Shown: piece by piece, positions 47,250-61,650 of the stretch
Layout of the letters: the number at the start of each line of letters is the position of its first letter
How positions within the stretch are numbered: position 1 is the first letter of the stretch
Assembly (NCBI RefSeq): GCF_004010195.1
Contig: NC_057750.1
Location: 18,390,542-18,454,541, forward strand
From: Chiloscyllium plagiosum
Taxonomy: Eukaryota
Direction of reading: 5' to 3'
DNA: 64,000 bases
Position numbers and translations under genes: made by a program
The notes under the pieces: model-generated
The model's database searches: none
What the model was told of the DNA's origin: nothing
What the model saw: the letters and a program-made list of their open reading frames with translations, nothing else

Positions 47250-48662
47250 GAATGTGACTCCTGTTTATAAAAGGAGGCAGACAATAGGTGGTAACTGTAG
47301 GCCAGTTAGCTTAACTTCTATAGTAGAGAAAATGCTTGAATCTGTAATCAAGGAAGAAATAGCAAGACATCTGGATATAAATTGTCCCATGAATTCATGA
47401 AAGGCAAGTCATGTTTAACTAACTTACTGGAATTCTTAGAGAACATTGCAAACGTGGTGGACAACAGGGAACTGGTAGATGTGGTGCATCTGGATTTCCA
47501 GAAAGCATTACACAAGGTGCCGCACAAAAGACCAATGTGTAAGATAAAAGTGTACAGTGATATGGGTAAAATATCAACATAAATAGAAGATTAGTTAACT
47601 AACAGAAAGCAAAAGGGGGAATAAATGGATGTTTCTCTGCTTGGTGATCAGTGGCTAGTGGTGTGCTGTAGAGATGAGTGTTGGGACCAGAATTGTTTAC
47701 AATCCACATCAATAATTTAGAGTTGGGAACCAAGTGTTGTGTGTCAAAGTTCGCAGATGATATTAAAATGAGTGGTAGAGCAAAGTGTGCAGAGGACACT
47801 GAAAGTCTGCAGAGGGATATGGATGGGTTAAGTGAGTGGGCAAGGGTCTGGCAGATAGTGTACAATGTTGGTAAATGCAACATCATCCATTTTTGTCGGA
47901 ATAACAGTCAAATGGATTGTTGTTTAAATGGTGAAAAATTACAGCATGCTGATGTGCAGAGGGACCTGGGTATCCATGTATATGAATCATGAAAATATTT
48001 GTTCGTAGGTGCAGACAATTAAAAAGGCAAATGGAATATTGTCTTTCATTGCTAAAAGGATAGAATTTCAAAACAGGAAGGTTATGCTGCAGCTGTATAG
48101 GGTGCTGATGTGGTCATAGCTGGAGTATTGTATACAGTTTTGGTCTCCTTACTTGAGAAGAAATGTACTGGTACTGGAGTAGGTGCAGAGACAGTTCACC
48201 AGGTTGATTCTGGAGTTGAGGGGGTTGGCTTATGAGTAGAGTTTGAGGAGACTGGGTCTACACTCTTTGGAATTTAGAAGAATGAGGGGAATCTTATGGA
48301 AACATATAACATTATGACAGAAATAGATAAGATGGAAGCAAAGAGGTTGTTTCCACTGGCAGGTGAAACTAAGAGTAGGTGCCTTAGCCTCAAAATAAGA
48401 GGGAGCAGATTTAGGACTGAGTTAAGCAAGAGCATCTTTACCCAAAAAGTTGTGAATCTATAGAATTCCCTGCCCAGTGCTACCTTGTTGAAGGCTTTTA
48501 AGACAAAAATAGGTAGATTTTTGAACAGTAAAGCAATTAAGGGTTATGGTGAGCATGCGGGTAAGTGATCTTGAGTCCACAAAAAATCAGCCATGGTCTT
48601 ATTGAATGGTGGAGCAGGCTCAACAGGCCAGACGGCCTACTCCTGCTCCTATTTCTTATGTA
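47250..48662 (+). mobile_element. CR1 LINE (RT plus 3' UTR)
   Basis: FMKGKSCLTNLLEFL...HLDFQKALHKVPH and LGPELFTIHINNL...KFADDIKMSG; same subfamily as 7590-8755. Confidence 0.92.
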
Positions 48663-49559
48663 CTTTGCTAAATATCATGATTTTGTGCTTATTATTGGAA
48701 AACTTAATACCATTTGTGAAGCCTGTGAAATATCCTTTGCAGCTGTGAGGTTTTGTAACTAGTCTGAGCTGAAAATTATTTTTTGATTCGCTCCCCCTTG
48801 TGGCAATTAAAATGGCAGGTGGCTGAAGACAGATTATATTGCAGCTATGTAGATTTTCCAGCACAAGTAGCAATTCGGAATGCTGTCCCAACTAAAGGTT
48901 TCCATAAATTTGGACTATGCTCCCTGAAGAGCCGGGAACTAGTCATCTAGTAGCTGATGGACAACTATCATCTTCAGATCAGACCAGCTGAAGGGATTCT
49001 CCGAGATGTGACTAGTACACAAGTGGAGGGAAGGGTCGTTAGAGGTGTGGGGGAGGGCCATGTCTTTTCTAACTTGCCATATGTTAGACTATCTTGGATC
49101 TTATCCCCTGATTTTATGCTTTGCCTTCTTTTGGGTTTTGTCAGACAATTAGCTGACTTGTGGGTCCCCCCAGCAGGCAGTGAACTTATCATTGGATTTC
49201 CTTGCCACTAATTGCAGTAGTGATCAATGAACATCTGAAATCCATTAAAACTGTCACTTTTTGTGAAAAGGTTCGCAAGACCATTTACTAAGAGGAAATA
49301 CTGTGAGATCCCTTTGTCTTTCTGTCTCTCCCTGCTAGAAGAACACCACAAATAGCAGCAAGAGTAGGCATGTGTGGACCAGCACAATCATGAAGGAAAG
49401 AGTTTTTTTTGTAATGCTTCTAAGGCAAGTATATCTTACCTCAGGTATAAGACTGAACCTGAACACAGTTTTCTGGTTGTGGTCTCAGAAAAGCCCAATA
49501 CTCATTGCAGCAAGACCACGGTATTCTTATTCAATTTTTTTTTGCAATAATGGCAGTTG

Positions 49560-50435
49560 TATTCGTTGGAGACATGGACAGCAGACACCTCAGACCCCTA
49601 CAGAAATATCACTAGCGATGACTCCACAAAATCTTGCAAATCCATTGGCAGGATAATTACTCCAAAATTAGTGTCCACCCTCAAGTTAACATTCCAAGCA
49701 TCAAGGCTCAGGTTGCTTTCAATTAACTTCATTGGGTGGGCCACATTGACCATCTGTCTGACTCAAAACAAGTTCTCTGTTCTAAAGCTCATCACAATAA
49801 GTGGTTGGGAGGGCAGAGGAAACACTTCAAGGTGGCACGGTGGCACAGTGGTGAGCACTGCTGCCTCACAGCGCCAGAGACCCGGGTTCAATTCCCGCCT
49901 CGGGTGACTGACTGTGTGGAGTTTGCACATTCTCCCCGTGTCTGCGTGGGTTTCCTCCGGGCGCTCCAGTTTCCTCCCACAGTCCAAAAATGTGCAGGTT
50001 AGGTGAATTGCCTGTAGTGTTAGGTGAAGGGGTAAGTGTAGGGTAATGGGTCTGGGTGGGTTGCTCTTCGGAGGGTTGATGTGGACTTGTTGGGCCGAAG
50101 GGCCTGTTTCCACACTGTGAGTAATCTAATCTATACAGACATTTTCAAACCCTCCCTGAAAATTGAGATATGCCCAGCCTTTGATGGCACTCTCTAACCC
50201 AGGATAACCCAACTGGTGAAGAGGCATCCATAATGGTGACAACTATCTCAGAAGGATTCATGTGGAGGCCAAGTGCAACTAGTGTGAAAACCTGAGTATC
50301 TCACCCACCCACCCCTTAAAGCACCATTTGTGGCAGAGTTTGTGGATCTAGCATTGAACTGTTTAGTCATCTCAGGACCCACAATTCCAGAATGGAAGAA
50401 AGTCATTTTTAGTCTCAAGGGATTGCCTAAGAGGA
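49560..50435 (+). mobile_element. RTE-clade LINE 3' relic, split by the HE1 SINE
   Basis: caattaacttcattgggtgggccacattg (L.WVGHI-like) and ggagggcagaggaaacacttcaag (GGQRKHFK); tail gggattgcctaagagg. Confidence 0.65.
49832..50133 (+). mobile_element. Full-length HE1-type V-SINE (tRNA-derived, elasmobranch)
   Basis: A box tggcacagtgg 49841-49851; B box ggttcaattcc 49885-49895; V-domain gtgtggagtttgcacattctccccgtgtctgcgtgggtttcctccggg; CR1-like tail gggccgaagggcctgtttcc followed by (taatc)n. Confidence 0.92.
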
Positions 50436-53400
50436 AAAGATATTTGCTTTTCTATTTGCAGAATGTACCTCCAAATTCACTTTTTGTGGTTTGTGTCAAT
50501 TTGTGAACATTTAAACTCTCACCATTGAAAATTATTCTCTCTTTTTACTTTACCTAGCAAACCCAATAACCTCAAATTTCTTCATATTAGATTCCATTAG
50601 TCACTTTTTCACTCACTAATCTGACCATGTGGCCAGAGGGCTCACATTCCCACTAAGCTTTATGTCATCAGTAAACATATAAACACATTAGTGTTGGTCC
50701 CTTCATTTATATGACTGTTATAGATTGTAACTTGTTAAAGGTCCAGCAATGAAGCTTGTGCCACTCTGATTGTACCAGCATTTCAACATAAAAATAACCA
50801 CTTTAGATCAATTCTGTTTCCTGTCCTTTAACAATCTCTAACCAGCCCTTGTTCAATAACCTTTTAATATGGGTACCAAATATCTTCTGAATATCTGAAC
50901 ATTTTTCAGTCACTTTGTGTGTTTATATGTCTGTCTGTATCTGTGTGTCTTTCTCTGAATGATTGTAAAAGATGTACAAACACAGGTGAAGTATTTTAAA
51001 CTTGTCCATGGCTGACATTTTGAGACATTTATTACAGAGTCAGATATCTCACTAATTCTGCTCTAATTCTTTAAATATCAAAAAGACAGATATGGAGACC
51101 TTCACTTTAGGTTATGAGGTGACTTAATGAATGTTTTAAGTATTTGGGGAAACCAAGAGGGTAATTATCGCGAAACTATTTCTGCTAGCAAGCTTGAGGA
51201 TTGGAGAGTTTAAATTAGAACCAGACCTTTTAAGAATTACATTAGGAAACACTTGCCAACACAAAGAATATTAGAAATTTGGAATCCTCTTTTGTAGGCA
51301 AAACGTGATGTGAGGATGTGAGGTAAATTGTTAATTTTGAAATCTGAGATTGTTAAGTTTTGAGAATCATACCCATACCTCCCACCCCCACATACAGGTT
51401 ACCTTTCTGATCAAACTAAATCTACTTTTCCTTCAGCATCCTCTTGCTGGTTATGTATTTACAAAAATATCTTTGGATTTCATTTGCTTTCACTTGCTAA
51501 TTATTGTTTTGGTCTCTCCTGGCTTTCTTGACTTTCTTTTTAATATCACCTTGTTTATCTCTATTCTCCTCTTAGTTACCTACAATATTGAGCTTTCTGC
51601 TTTAGCCCTCTTTTGTCTTATATTGTTGGTGTGGTCCTGACACTGCCTCACTGTTGCTCCATCTCACCATCTCCTGTTTCTCTCCATTCCTCTCTCTCCC
51701 CATTTATCTGTTATTCTGCCTCCCTTCCCTCTTCTAACCATGTTATTTATCATTAGGGGCCAACGTAAATCATAGAAAATCTGAACACGCCACAAGTCTC
51801 ACAGCTTGAACAGTTAAATTGAAAGTTATTTCACAGCTGTATATATACAATATAACCAGCAAAGTACATCACGTGACTGGAGATTACAAACATTGCAACA
51901 TTTCGGTACGCATTGTACCTCAATGTTGTGAAAAAGTGTTTAACAAGACCTGTTCAACCAACTGTCATTTGACAGCTGCAGCATTTCACTGGGTCCACAT
52001 CCTCTACAAACATTAAATCATTCCCAAAGCAAAGCTCACAAATTCAACACAACCTTCCTTCGTTTCCCTGTTCTGGTCCTCCCGATAGATTCCTGGTCTT
52101 TAGCGGATCTATATTCCATTTTCACTTAACCATTCCTTATCTTTTTAAATTATCTAATTGTAGTCAGAGAATTCAAAAGTGAATTAAAAAGGAAATTTGG
52201 AAAGCAGTGTCCCAAACGCAGCACCAGCTGCTACACGTACAGGACTCTTGGTAAGGGTGTAACAGACCCAAACTGAGTGAGGAAAGGCACGGGGAAAGGA
52301 GCAGAGTGAAACTTGCAGTCTCGAAAAGGGATTTTGCAGCTTTTATAATATATAAACTGAGCAACAAAAGGTTATTCCAAAATTAATGAGAGATCCGAAC
52401 ACCAATTTAATTAATTGTCAATGGCAGAAATATTGCTGGCCCTTGACGTTATCGAATAAGCAACGTTCAGACATGCAATAATCCAATCCAGGAGTACAAA
52501 ATGTTTTAATCCTGACAGGATATAGTTTCATTTACTTTGTATTTACAACACACAATCATGGACAGATCACATTATCCACCTCCAACTGTCTGAGTTTGCC
52601 ACGTGGAAGCAATAACCTAATCGAGGAATAAATTGCAACAGTTATGACTGCTGCAGCTCAAAGCTCGTTATTTCAGAAGTGACTGCGTCCCAACCTCCAT
52701 CGCCGACATAAAATATAAGAAAAGCTGCTGGAAAAAGAATCCCATTGTTCACACAGGTCGCGCCAGTTGAAAGATTGGCTTTTGAGATAGCTCAGCGAGT
52801 TTCTACACTGAGTCTAAACCACATCTAGAGCTCTGTGTCAGTATCAGGGGGGACTAGGTACTGTTGACTACCCACTGCTGGAGCTACTCCACATGGAGAT
52901 CAGGGATCGAGTCTGCCCAGGGAACTAACCCAAAGCTCACGGCGAAGTAATTTTAGGAGGCTGGTGCAAATACACACACCAGCCTTCAGGAGGATTGGTT
53001 AAAAAAATAACACTGGGGCGTTGTTTAATGAAACTATTTGTGTAAACAGGGTGGAAGATATTTAGTCTTCATCTTATTTGTTTAAAAAGGGCAAGATATG
53101 AAGAATGCTGGAGGAGTGAAATGCCGGGCTGGGGAGTACAGGATGCACGTTCATCTCCAGAAAGAATTAGTCCTAGTATCCAAGAGTTCTTCTGTTGAAT
53201 GTATTTTGCTATACTCCTGAAAATCAACTCAAATCAAATTATTCAAACCAACCCAAATCAAATTACTCAAACTTACAGAAGCAGCAGATGAGAACTTTTT
53301 TTTCTGGAAAGAATTTGAGAAAATAGAATAGCAATTTATTGTCGCTTTTATTTTATGAAAATACAGTGGGATGTGTATAAGTCGCTACAATTCGGCGCCA

Positions 53401-53749
53401 TTTTAGTTACAGAAGTTAGAGAAAGAAATAATTGAGACAAAGTTGGGACAAGGTAAATCTTTTGTTTCCTTCACGACAGTCTGAGTTTACGGAGTGGCTG
53501 TGTAGAGTTCCAAAAAACTTAACCCGCTGTGTTAAATATGCTTCCAAATAATAGCATTGACAAATATTTTATAGAGTTTATATTGAATATGTACACAATA
53601 AAAATGCATCTTCTACACTTAAAATTACGTCCTCACTTGCACTTCATTCTAGCTGATAGCACAAGCTGCACCCTCTCCATTCAAAGACACTGCCCAAAGT
53701 GGAACAAAATTAACAAGTTAAGCTCAGAATGCAATCCGTCACCATTACA

Positions 53750-53910
53750 GCAAGTTGTATTACATAGTGCCTTTATCATGATAAAACTTTTAAAGGTACG
53801 TTATGGATCAAACGTTTGAGGCTGAGCCACCTTAGGAGATAACATTTTGTTAAAGAGGCAGGTTTTAACGGAGGTCAGAGAAGCAGAGTTTGCTGGAGGG
53901 AATTCCAGAA
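53750..53910 (-). mobile_element. L2 LINE 3' end
   Basis: aagttgtatttacatagtgccttt...ttgttaaagaggcaggttttaa...ggagggaattccaga. Confidence 0.6.
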
Positions 53911-55224
53911 CCACGTGTAGTATCCGATCACAGCTTTTAATTGAATAAAAAAATTTTGATAACAGTTCAACAATTTTATTCAAGCTTCATCTGATTTGTT
54001 TAATGATACGGATATAGAAAGACTCCTGAAGAAGGTGTGGATTGTATTAGAGGAGTTCAGGCTAATGATCAGCTTCATTTAATCATCTGGATCGCAAAGC
54101 AGATTATGGTCTCGTCCATGGCAGTGCTCAGCTGCAATTAGAAATGCTAGAAATTTGAAGTGAAAACATCCAGATCAGTGACCCAGTCTAAAAGATGAAA
54201 GGTTTCTTTTACAGACGTTGATTGACATGCTGAGCTGGAAGGTCTGTTACTACTCATGGAGAGTGGGATCTGGACATTTGGAGCTTTGACTCAAAAGATA
54301 GGGCATCCGATAAACTGACACTGACTGATGCAGAAACTTTAAAACAAAGTATATATGAAAGATGACAGTGTTTGGCAGCTTTCTGTATGCTAGTGTTCCA
54401 AAACTACTCTCAGTGTAGCACCAGCCTTTCCTACACAAATGCTGCCCAATGGACAATAGGTTGATTTATTTTATATTCAAGTAGCTAAGTTTTAATATTC
54501 TGTGGAGAATTCAAAGGCAGTGATGAAATAAATAGCCTTATGAAGAGCAAAAACAAGCTTATGGAATCCATCACCTGGTTTATCATGAGGGTCTTTATGT
54601 CACATTATTATAAACATGACATGACTGTAATGGAGAAGGATAAACAAATACACTTCAAACATCCAACTCCTTACTCTTTGCTTTTATGCTTACAACAGCA
54701 CAATCCCTTATAATTAATTCAGCCTGCAGTGTTAAAGGCAAATGCAAAACTACACCAGTTTATGTCCTGTCTTTTCACCAGAGACTTCCTATTTTAATAA
54801 CTGCATATGCAAACATCTCTTACGATTTTCTTGTTTCTAAAAGCAAAAAAGATTTTCATCCATTGGTGGTGCTGCATTTACATTCTGTGATGACTGAATT
54901 AGGTATAGGGCTGACAAGCAAAACTAGAATACAGCATCTCCAAGTTGTTTTCCTGTATTTTGCAAAACATGCATACTCTGAACAGCAACTTAATTTTTTT
55001 GACTGTGCTGGCATATTCTTACAGCTTTACAGAGCAGGCATATCACACAGACAACCTTTTACATTTCCTCTCTGACTCCAAGAGACATATAGATTTTATA
55101 TGGAGACTAGAAACTGGGATGTTGAGAAAGAGTGCCTGGCAGTTTCCAACCATTAGGTGGTAACAATCATGACAAAGATGATTTATTTTACAAACTACCA
55201 CACACATTCAACTAACCATTCACA

Positions 55225-55545
55225 GCTTTTTTTTATTCATTCATAGGATGTGGACATCATTTATTGACTATCCCTAATTGCCTGTAAATCTGAGTGGCTT
55301 CATAGGCAATTTCAGAGAGCAATTAGGAGGCAACTACATTGCTATGGGTCTAGAGTCATATGTAGGGCAGACAGGTAAAGACGACAGACTTCTCTTCCTA
55401 AAGGACATTAATAACATCAGGCCATCTTTTCTCATTCCTGATTTTTAAAATTCAATTCAAATGTCATCATCTTCCATGTTCCCAGAGCATTAGCCTGGGG
55501 TTCTAGATTACTAGCCCAGTGACATTACCACTATACCACTACTTC
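55225..55545 (-). mobile_element. tRNA-derived SINE (family of 33576 and 40955)
   Basis: Reverse: tttttttattcattcataggatgtgg...ttcctaaaggacatta...ttactagcccagtgacattaccactataccac. Confidence 0.8.
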
Positions 55546-57289
55546 AGCTCAATTTCTCCCACATGATGTTGGTAAATGTTTGAAAACTGAGCAAATAAAG
55601 AAGTGAGCCTAGACTGAATTCAACGTTGTGTTAAATTAGCTTTTGTCAGCTGTGGTTAGAGTAGGGAAGTTTGTGACTAACCTTAGGAACACTGAACTTG
55701 GAGGGAATAATGTTAAACATGCATGTGCTAAGTGGGATTGAAACCCAATTCAATTTCACCCAAGACAAATACACGACAACCCATTTTGAATAAAATGCTT
55801 TGGTGGAAGCTATAGAAACAGAAGGCTTAAATACTTTTAGAAAATAGAGGAGAAAAAAATAGTCATGGAAAGATGCAGTTCCAAGAAACAAATATACAAA
55901 TTAACGATGCATTTGTAATGGTTTCAAAAGGGCTTTCAATGTGGCATGTGTGGAACAATAGATCGGGCACATCAAATGAATCCAGATAAATGTTTCAGAT
56001 TAGTATTAAAGTAGTATAAATTGGGTCTATGTGGTCAAAGAAATTGAATCATGCCATTTAAATAAGTCTCCTTGTGGAAATGTGAATGTCTATTACATGC
56101 AATTGTGGAAAAAAAGGTCTTTAAAAACTTGAGCTGCTTGACAAAAGGAAAGAAAGGAACCCAAATAGATTTTCTAAAAAAATTATATTCTATCTTAAAT
56201 GTACAGGAAATCACAATGAAATGGCAATAAAGTGAGGATTAAGTTTTTAATTTGATGTAATTAATCTTAAATTAAAAGTTGGACCAGAATGTCTATGTGG
56301 GATTTTTTAGAGAAATCACTAAAGTTACAGAGAATACATGTACAACTGAATCTTGATCCAGGGCTCTGTAAATCCAGAAGTATTTACTTTAAAATGCTAG
56401 TGCCATTCTTGTTAACAATAGAAATTGCTGCTATTTCAGAGCTGTCATCTTTTGTCCTCCTTTTGGCTCCTGGAGAGCTCATCCAAACCTTCCTCTATTG
56501 CTCATCCTTCAGTTGTTGAAAGAGAAACATTATTTGGCATCTTGGTTTAATTTTCAAATTGACAGTATCTCTGAGAGAACATTTTCTTGAAAGAAAACTG
56601 GAGTATTAGCACAAAAATACATGTATAGTTTATTTAGTTTCTCAACTAATAAAATTGAAGGTCATCATATGACTTTAAGCTTATTCCAGTAAGATCACCT
56701 TGCAAAAAGTGGCTCAGGTTTAGTGACATTAAGTGTGCTGAATTTTACAGAGTTATTGTAATAATAATTTTGATAGATGTACTGTAAAGATTTGTAAGAG
56801 CTGCCATCTCTAGACTTAAAATCACTCAGGTCACACATGGTAGGTTACACTGCCAACGTTAACCACGTGTGTTTTATTTGTCAACCACTCAAACGAATGT
56901 TTAATCTGAAATACACAGATACATTTAAGGGGAGTGAAATATGTAAAGAATGGGGAAAATGTCAGAAAGCTATCATGAGCAGACCTCTGAGGATTGGAGA
57001 TAGTGGTTGGAAAAAGAAACACCCTAACAGTCATATTGCTGGATGTATGCCATAGATAGCACCAACCAACTGGCCAAGTTCCTGCAATTTTTGCAGCTCA
57101 TCAGTCTTTCCTCCAGCATCTCTGAAGTTTCTCCTTGTGTCTCAAAGTCCTGAACAGGACAAAAGATTTTGGTCTAGTTTAAGTGTGACCCTGTCTGATC
57201 AATATTTGCATTTTTTGGTCTTCAGTCAAACATTCTTCTGGCTTTGGTCACCTAATGCCCAAATGTGTACGGATATGTGGTGATCTGTA

Positions 57290-59900
57290 TGCATCAGGAA
57301 CCACAGACAGCTTTCACTTTTGTAATTTGGAACACCGTTCATTATCCGCATCTCAACAAAAAATATTTATGTTACTCAGAGTCCTCTGTTATTTAATTGC
57401 AGTTTCCTGATATAACACTAGGACTGTATGCCATTATACGAGCCAATGGTGTCTGAATTTTAAACATCAAAATAAGAACAAAGTCATTACAATGATAGGA
57501 GTCAGTCCATCAAACCTGTTCTGCTATTCAATGAGATCATGACTGATCTGTATCCTAACTCCATTTGCTCACCTTGGCCGAGCAAATATCTATCAATCTC
57601 AGAATTCGAAATATGAATTCAGCCCATACCTGTAATTTTTCAGGATGAATGTTTCACTTCTCCTACCCTTGGAAATGTTTTCTAATCTCTCTCCTGAATG
57701 ACCTGGCTCTAATTTTCAGATTATGTCCCTTTGATATGGGCATGGACTTCCTTCACTAACCTGTCCAAGATTGAATGGGATTTCTCGCTGGGTACTAGAT
57801 TGAGGAACACCCAGTTAGTGAAGTCATAGCTCACCTCAATGATTCCAGGTTCCAGATCTGAGACGACATGTAATGAGGTGATAGTTGTATGTGTCATTGT
57901 CCTCCACCTTCATATCTCACTTGCAGCAGAATTATGGAGAGGGTGATGGTTATGAGAAGAGAAAGAGACAGAATGATAACCTGAGCTGACTGTTGGAGTT
58001 TGGAGAAGTGGGTGTAACAGAAAGAAGAAGGGCTCCTTGACTGATCATCTTCTCCTGTCACTCCAATCCTTGCCTTCTCAGTTCACCTTTCACCTCCTTC
58101 TATCCTTTCGTTGGTGACATTCACCTGGATCTGTTCACATGAGCCACGATTAACTGTCCATGTTCCTCTGATCTTACAGGGTCTGGGAATTTTCTCCTGT
58201 GTCCTCAGCACCTGAAACCTTTCCTTGTTCTTAGTGACCTGAACCAGACACAACATGACTCACAACATATCTGCAGCTTTTGCCCCACAGTCTAAAATTC
58301 TTCTGGTTTCAATCACTGGTATTGTAGGACACTTGGTGGGACTCTATCTATTTTTCAGGGACCATACACACCTTTCATCTTTGCAATTTGCACACTGTTT
58401 ATGGGCTACATGTGCTGCCTGCCTTTGATTTCCAACACTTTAGAATGATGATCATCGATTAATGCACTTGTTTTCATGTCAAACTAATATTCCAAATATT
58501 TTTGTTTCTTCATGGCATCACTGTACTAGGCCTGTGTGACATTAGAGTCTATTCTGTCTAAATTGTCGGAAACAATATGCAAGTTATATCTGCAACTTGT
58601 AGAGTCAGTCTCTCAAATGTTCCACTATTCAATGAGATCATAGGTGATCTGTATTCTAACTTCATTTACCTATATTGATACAATATCCCTCAATATCCTT
58701 GTCAAATATTCATCAGTCTCATAATTTGCCTTAGTAATTGAGTTTGTTTCTGCAAGTTTTTTGGGAGCGAATGCTGCACTTCTGATACCTATTGTGAGAT
58801 AAGTCTTTGCTAACCTTTCTCCTGAATGGCCTGCCTTTGATTTTCAAATAGTGTCTCTTTGACCTGGAGTTGAATTTCCTTTACTGTTCTGACCCAAATC
58901 AAGTGGGATCTCTCAACAGAACCAATTTTGTAGGAACATTAGTGGAGCGATAGACTGGGGAAGTCCCAGTCAACAGAGTCAAAACTTTCTGAGTTTACAT
59001 CAATGGTTACAATTTCACAAAGATCCAGTTTGAGAAAACAAGTTGGGATCTTTTGAAGTGATGCCAAATGTGTTTGAGTGATGCCCTCACAGCTGAATTG
59101 AATTGAATTGAATGGTGTGGAGTTACAACAAACACGCTTTAGTCTCAGATGAGAGTAGTTTGCGTTATGAGTGGCTCTGGAGCTCCACTCTGGCAGGGAT
59201 TGTATACACCATTCATCTTTGCAATTTACAACACTGCTCATGATCTATGTTGATCAATGGGTGTTTTGTTATATCAAGCAAACATTTGTCTTACTCATGA
59301 TTCGCTATTATTTAATAGCAGTCTTCATGATATCAGAACACTAGGACTGAATGACATAAGAGTCTATTGTGTCTAAATTTTAAATGTCAGAAGTACAAGG
59401 AAGTTACAGGAATGTGAGGAGGATATTCAACTGCTTATTAACAGTTTTGGTGTTCAACAAAATCATAGTTGATGTATATCCTAACTCCATTTGCCCATCT
59501 TGATGCCATGTCCCTTAATATCCTTGTCTCCCAAAAATCCACCAATTTCTGATTTTGAGTTATTAACTGAGTTGGTATCTGCCATTTAAAATAATGTGTT
59601 TTACACTTAGCCTCACCCTTCGTGAAAATAATAGTTTCCTAATCTCTATCGTGAATGACTTGGCTCTGATTTTTGGGTTATGTCCCTTTGCTATGGGTTT
59701 CCTCCAGTATTCTGCATGCAGGTTGAGTGAGTTCTCTCAAAGCAGAGAGAACTTACTGATAATACAAGTGTAGGGATTAAATTGAGGAACACCACAGTCA
59801 GAAAAGTCATAATTTTGCAAGTTTACTTCAATGATCCCTGATCTGAGATGACAGTTTGGTGGTTTTATAAGGTGATGGTCAATTGTATCAGTACAATATC
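57290..59900. repeat. Ancient degenerate tandem triplication (~0.8-1.1 kb period), each unit containing the same reversed CR1 3' end
   Basis: Shared landmarks in the same order near 57310/58370/59210 (ttca.ctttg.aattt..acac.g.t.at) and 57415/58520/59340 (actagg.ctg...tgtct.aatt), then CR1 tail and gaggaa...gatctgaga. Confidence 0.75.
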
Positions 59901-61039
59901 AGCGCCTACTGTGAAATTTAATGGTGCAATGTTATAGCCACCAGCTAAGCAGGTGAAAGAATGGTTGTACCGTGGTAGTCATCTGTGTCTTAAGCATTCC
60001 TGGTATGGTCAACAGTCCCATCCCATTTCTAGATAGTCCCTAAATTCAGATTCTTTTTCAATTTTTAAAATGTGCAAAGTGGATGAGTCCTATGAAAATT
60101 TGCTTTACTGAGACTGATTAGACTATAGCTAAATGACATCAGTTCTGATTTTCCTTTTGTTTTTCTTGTCAAAAGGGCTGGCACCTATCACTCTTCTAGA
60201 TCTTCATTTCCATGTGCTGGTATGCCCCTTCTGAGTGAGATGAGACAAGTTTGTTAAATACTCATCTGCTTTGAAACATAGCCCACTCTTTCTCTGATGG
60301 TAGAGTTTGTCATTTCCAACCCATGACTGCCTTCAATCCTTTTGGTCATCGTCTTATCAGAAAAAGTGCTCACAAGTCTTGTCATACATTATAAATCAGA
60401 CTTTACTTATCAGCAGTTTCAGCCAATGAGTAAATATACCATGAGTTTACCAAACTGGTTAGCTTCTTGTCTCCTCAATGCACAATGTCCTGATCACTGT
60501 GTAATGCCTTTGTCTCTGATGTTGGGCTTATTCACAGAGTCTGCTGGATCATTTGGTCAAATTGCTTGGTCATCTAGCATGCATGAGCCTTGACAACCAA
60601 ATTGGTTTGAGACTGTATCTTTCTAGCTCCTGCATCAAATACCTGGGATCAGGATTGTGCATCCTTCACAGAAAGACCTATCTCAGAACAGTTCAAGGCC
60701 TAAAAGACTCCCAGTATTTTTAACTCCATATTTTAACAAGAGAAATTTAATTGCTGGTTAAGCTCCTCTTCTGCATTCATAATTAGTTAGTAGTAGTGGA
60801 AACTGTGCTTTGCTTGCTCATGACACAACAAGACAGGTTGAATTGCGAACCTGGTATTCCCATTGTATGGTCTGTATAATATGCACTTCATCCTTGAAAT
60901 GGTGATCTTACTCTTAATGTTGTCTTGATGTTCTCTTGATGTTGTCTCAATAGCCCAATTGCATTGAATACGGTCTCACTGAAACCCACAAAGTTTCATA
61001 GAATCGAATTATTGCAGGGTAATATCATAATGGAGTTAA

Positions 61040-61650
61040 CTTTTTTTTCTATTTATTCTTTAATGGGATGTGAGCATCGTGGATAGATAAACTTTTATTG
61101 CTCATTCGTAATTGTTCTTGAAAAGCGGGTAGTGGTGAGCTACCTTCATGAATCACTATCGTCCGTGTGGTGTAGGTACACTCAAAGTACTGCCAGGAAA
61201 GGAATTCCTGCAGTTTGACCTGGTAACAGTGAAGGAATGGCAATATAGTTCCAAATCAGGATGCTCTCTGGTTTGGAAGAGAACGTGCAGGTGATGGTGC
61301 TCCCAAGTATCCGCTGCCCTTGTCCTCCTAGAGATAGAGATACATGTTAATGGAGCCCTGGTGAGCTACTGCAGTGAATCTTATAGATAGTACATTTCTG
61401 CCACTGTCCATTGGTGGTGGAGGAAGTGTATATTCTGAAGAATGTGAAGGAGTACCAATCAAATGGTGATTTTGTCCTGGGTGGTATTGAGCTTCTTGAG
61501 TGTTGTTGCAGCTGCATCCATCCAAGCAAATGGGGGGTATTCCAACACGCACCTAGACTGAGAACAGGTTTTAGGATGTCAGGAAATGAGTTACTCACTG
61601 CTCGCTGCAGGATTCTTAGCCTTTGATCTAGTGCAGTGCAAAACATAATT
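61040..61650 (-). mobile_element. CR1-like LINE 3' end (family of 41620-42760)
   Basis: Reverse complement is collinear with 42300-42760; T-rich start marks the tail. Confidence 0.75.

Noticed and set aside
48920..48950. Hammerhead candidate ctgaagagccgggaact
   Set aside because: GAAC instead of GAAA, and no helices II/III.
49832..49905. tRNA gene
   Set aside because: The A/B boxes belong to the tRNA-derived head of an HE1 SINE that continues into the V-domain and LINE-derived tail.
60000..60800. Possible decayed coding sequence on the minus strand
   Set aside because: Manual translation gave many stops and no recognisable motif.
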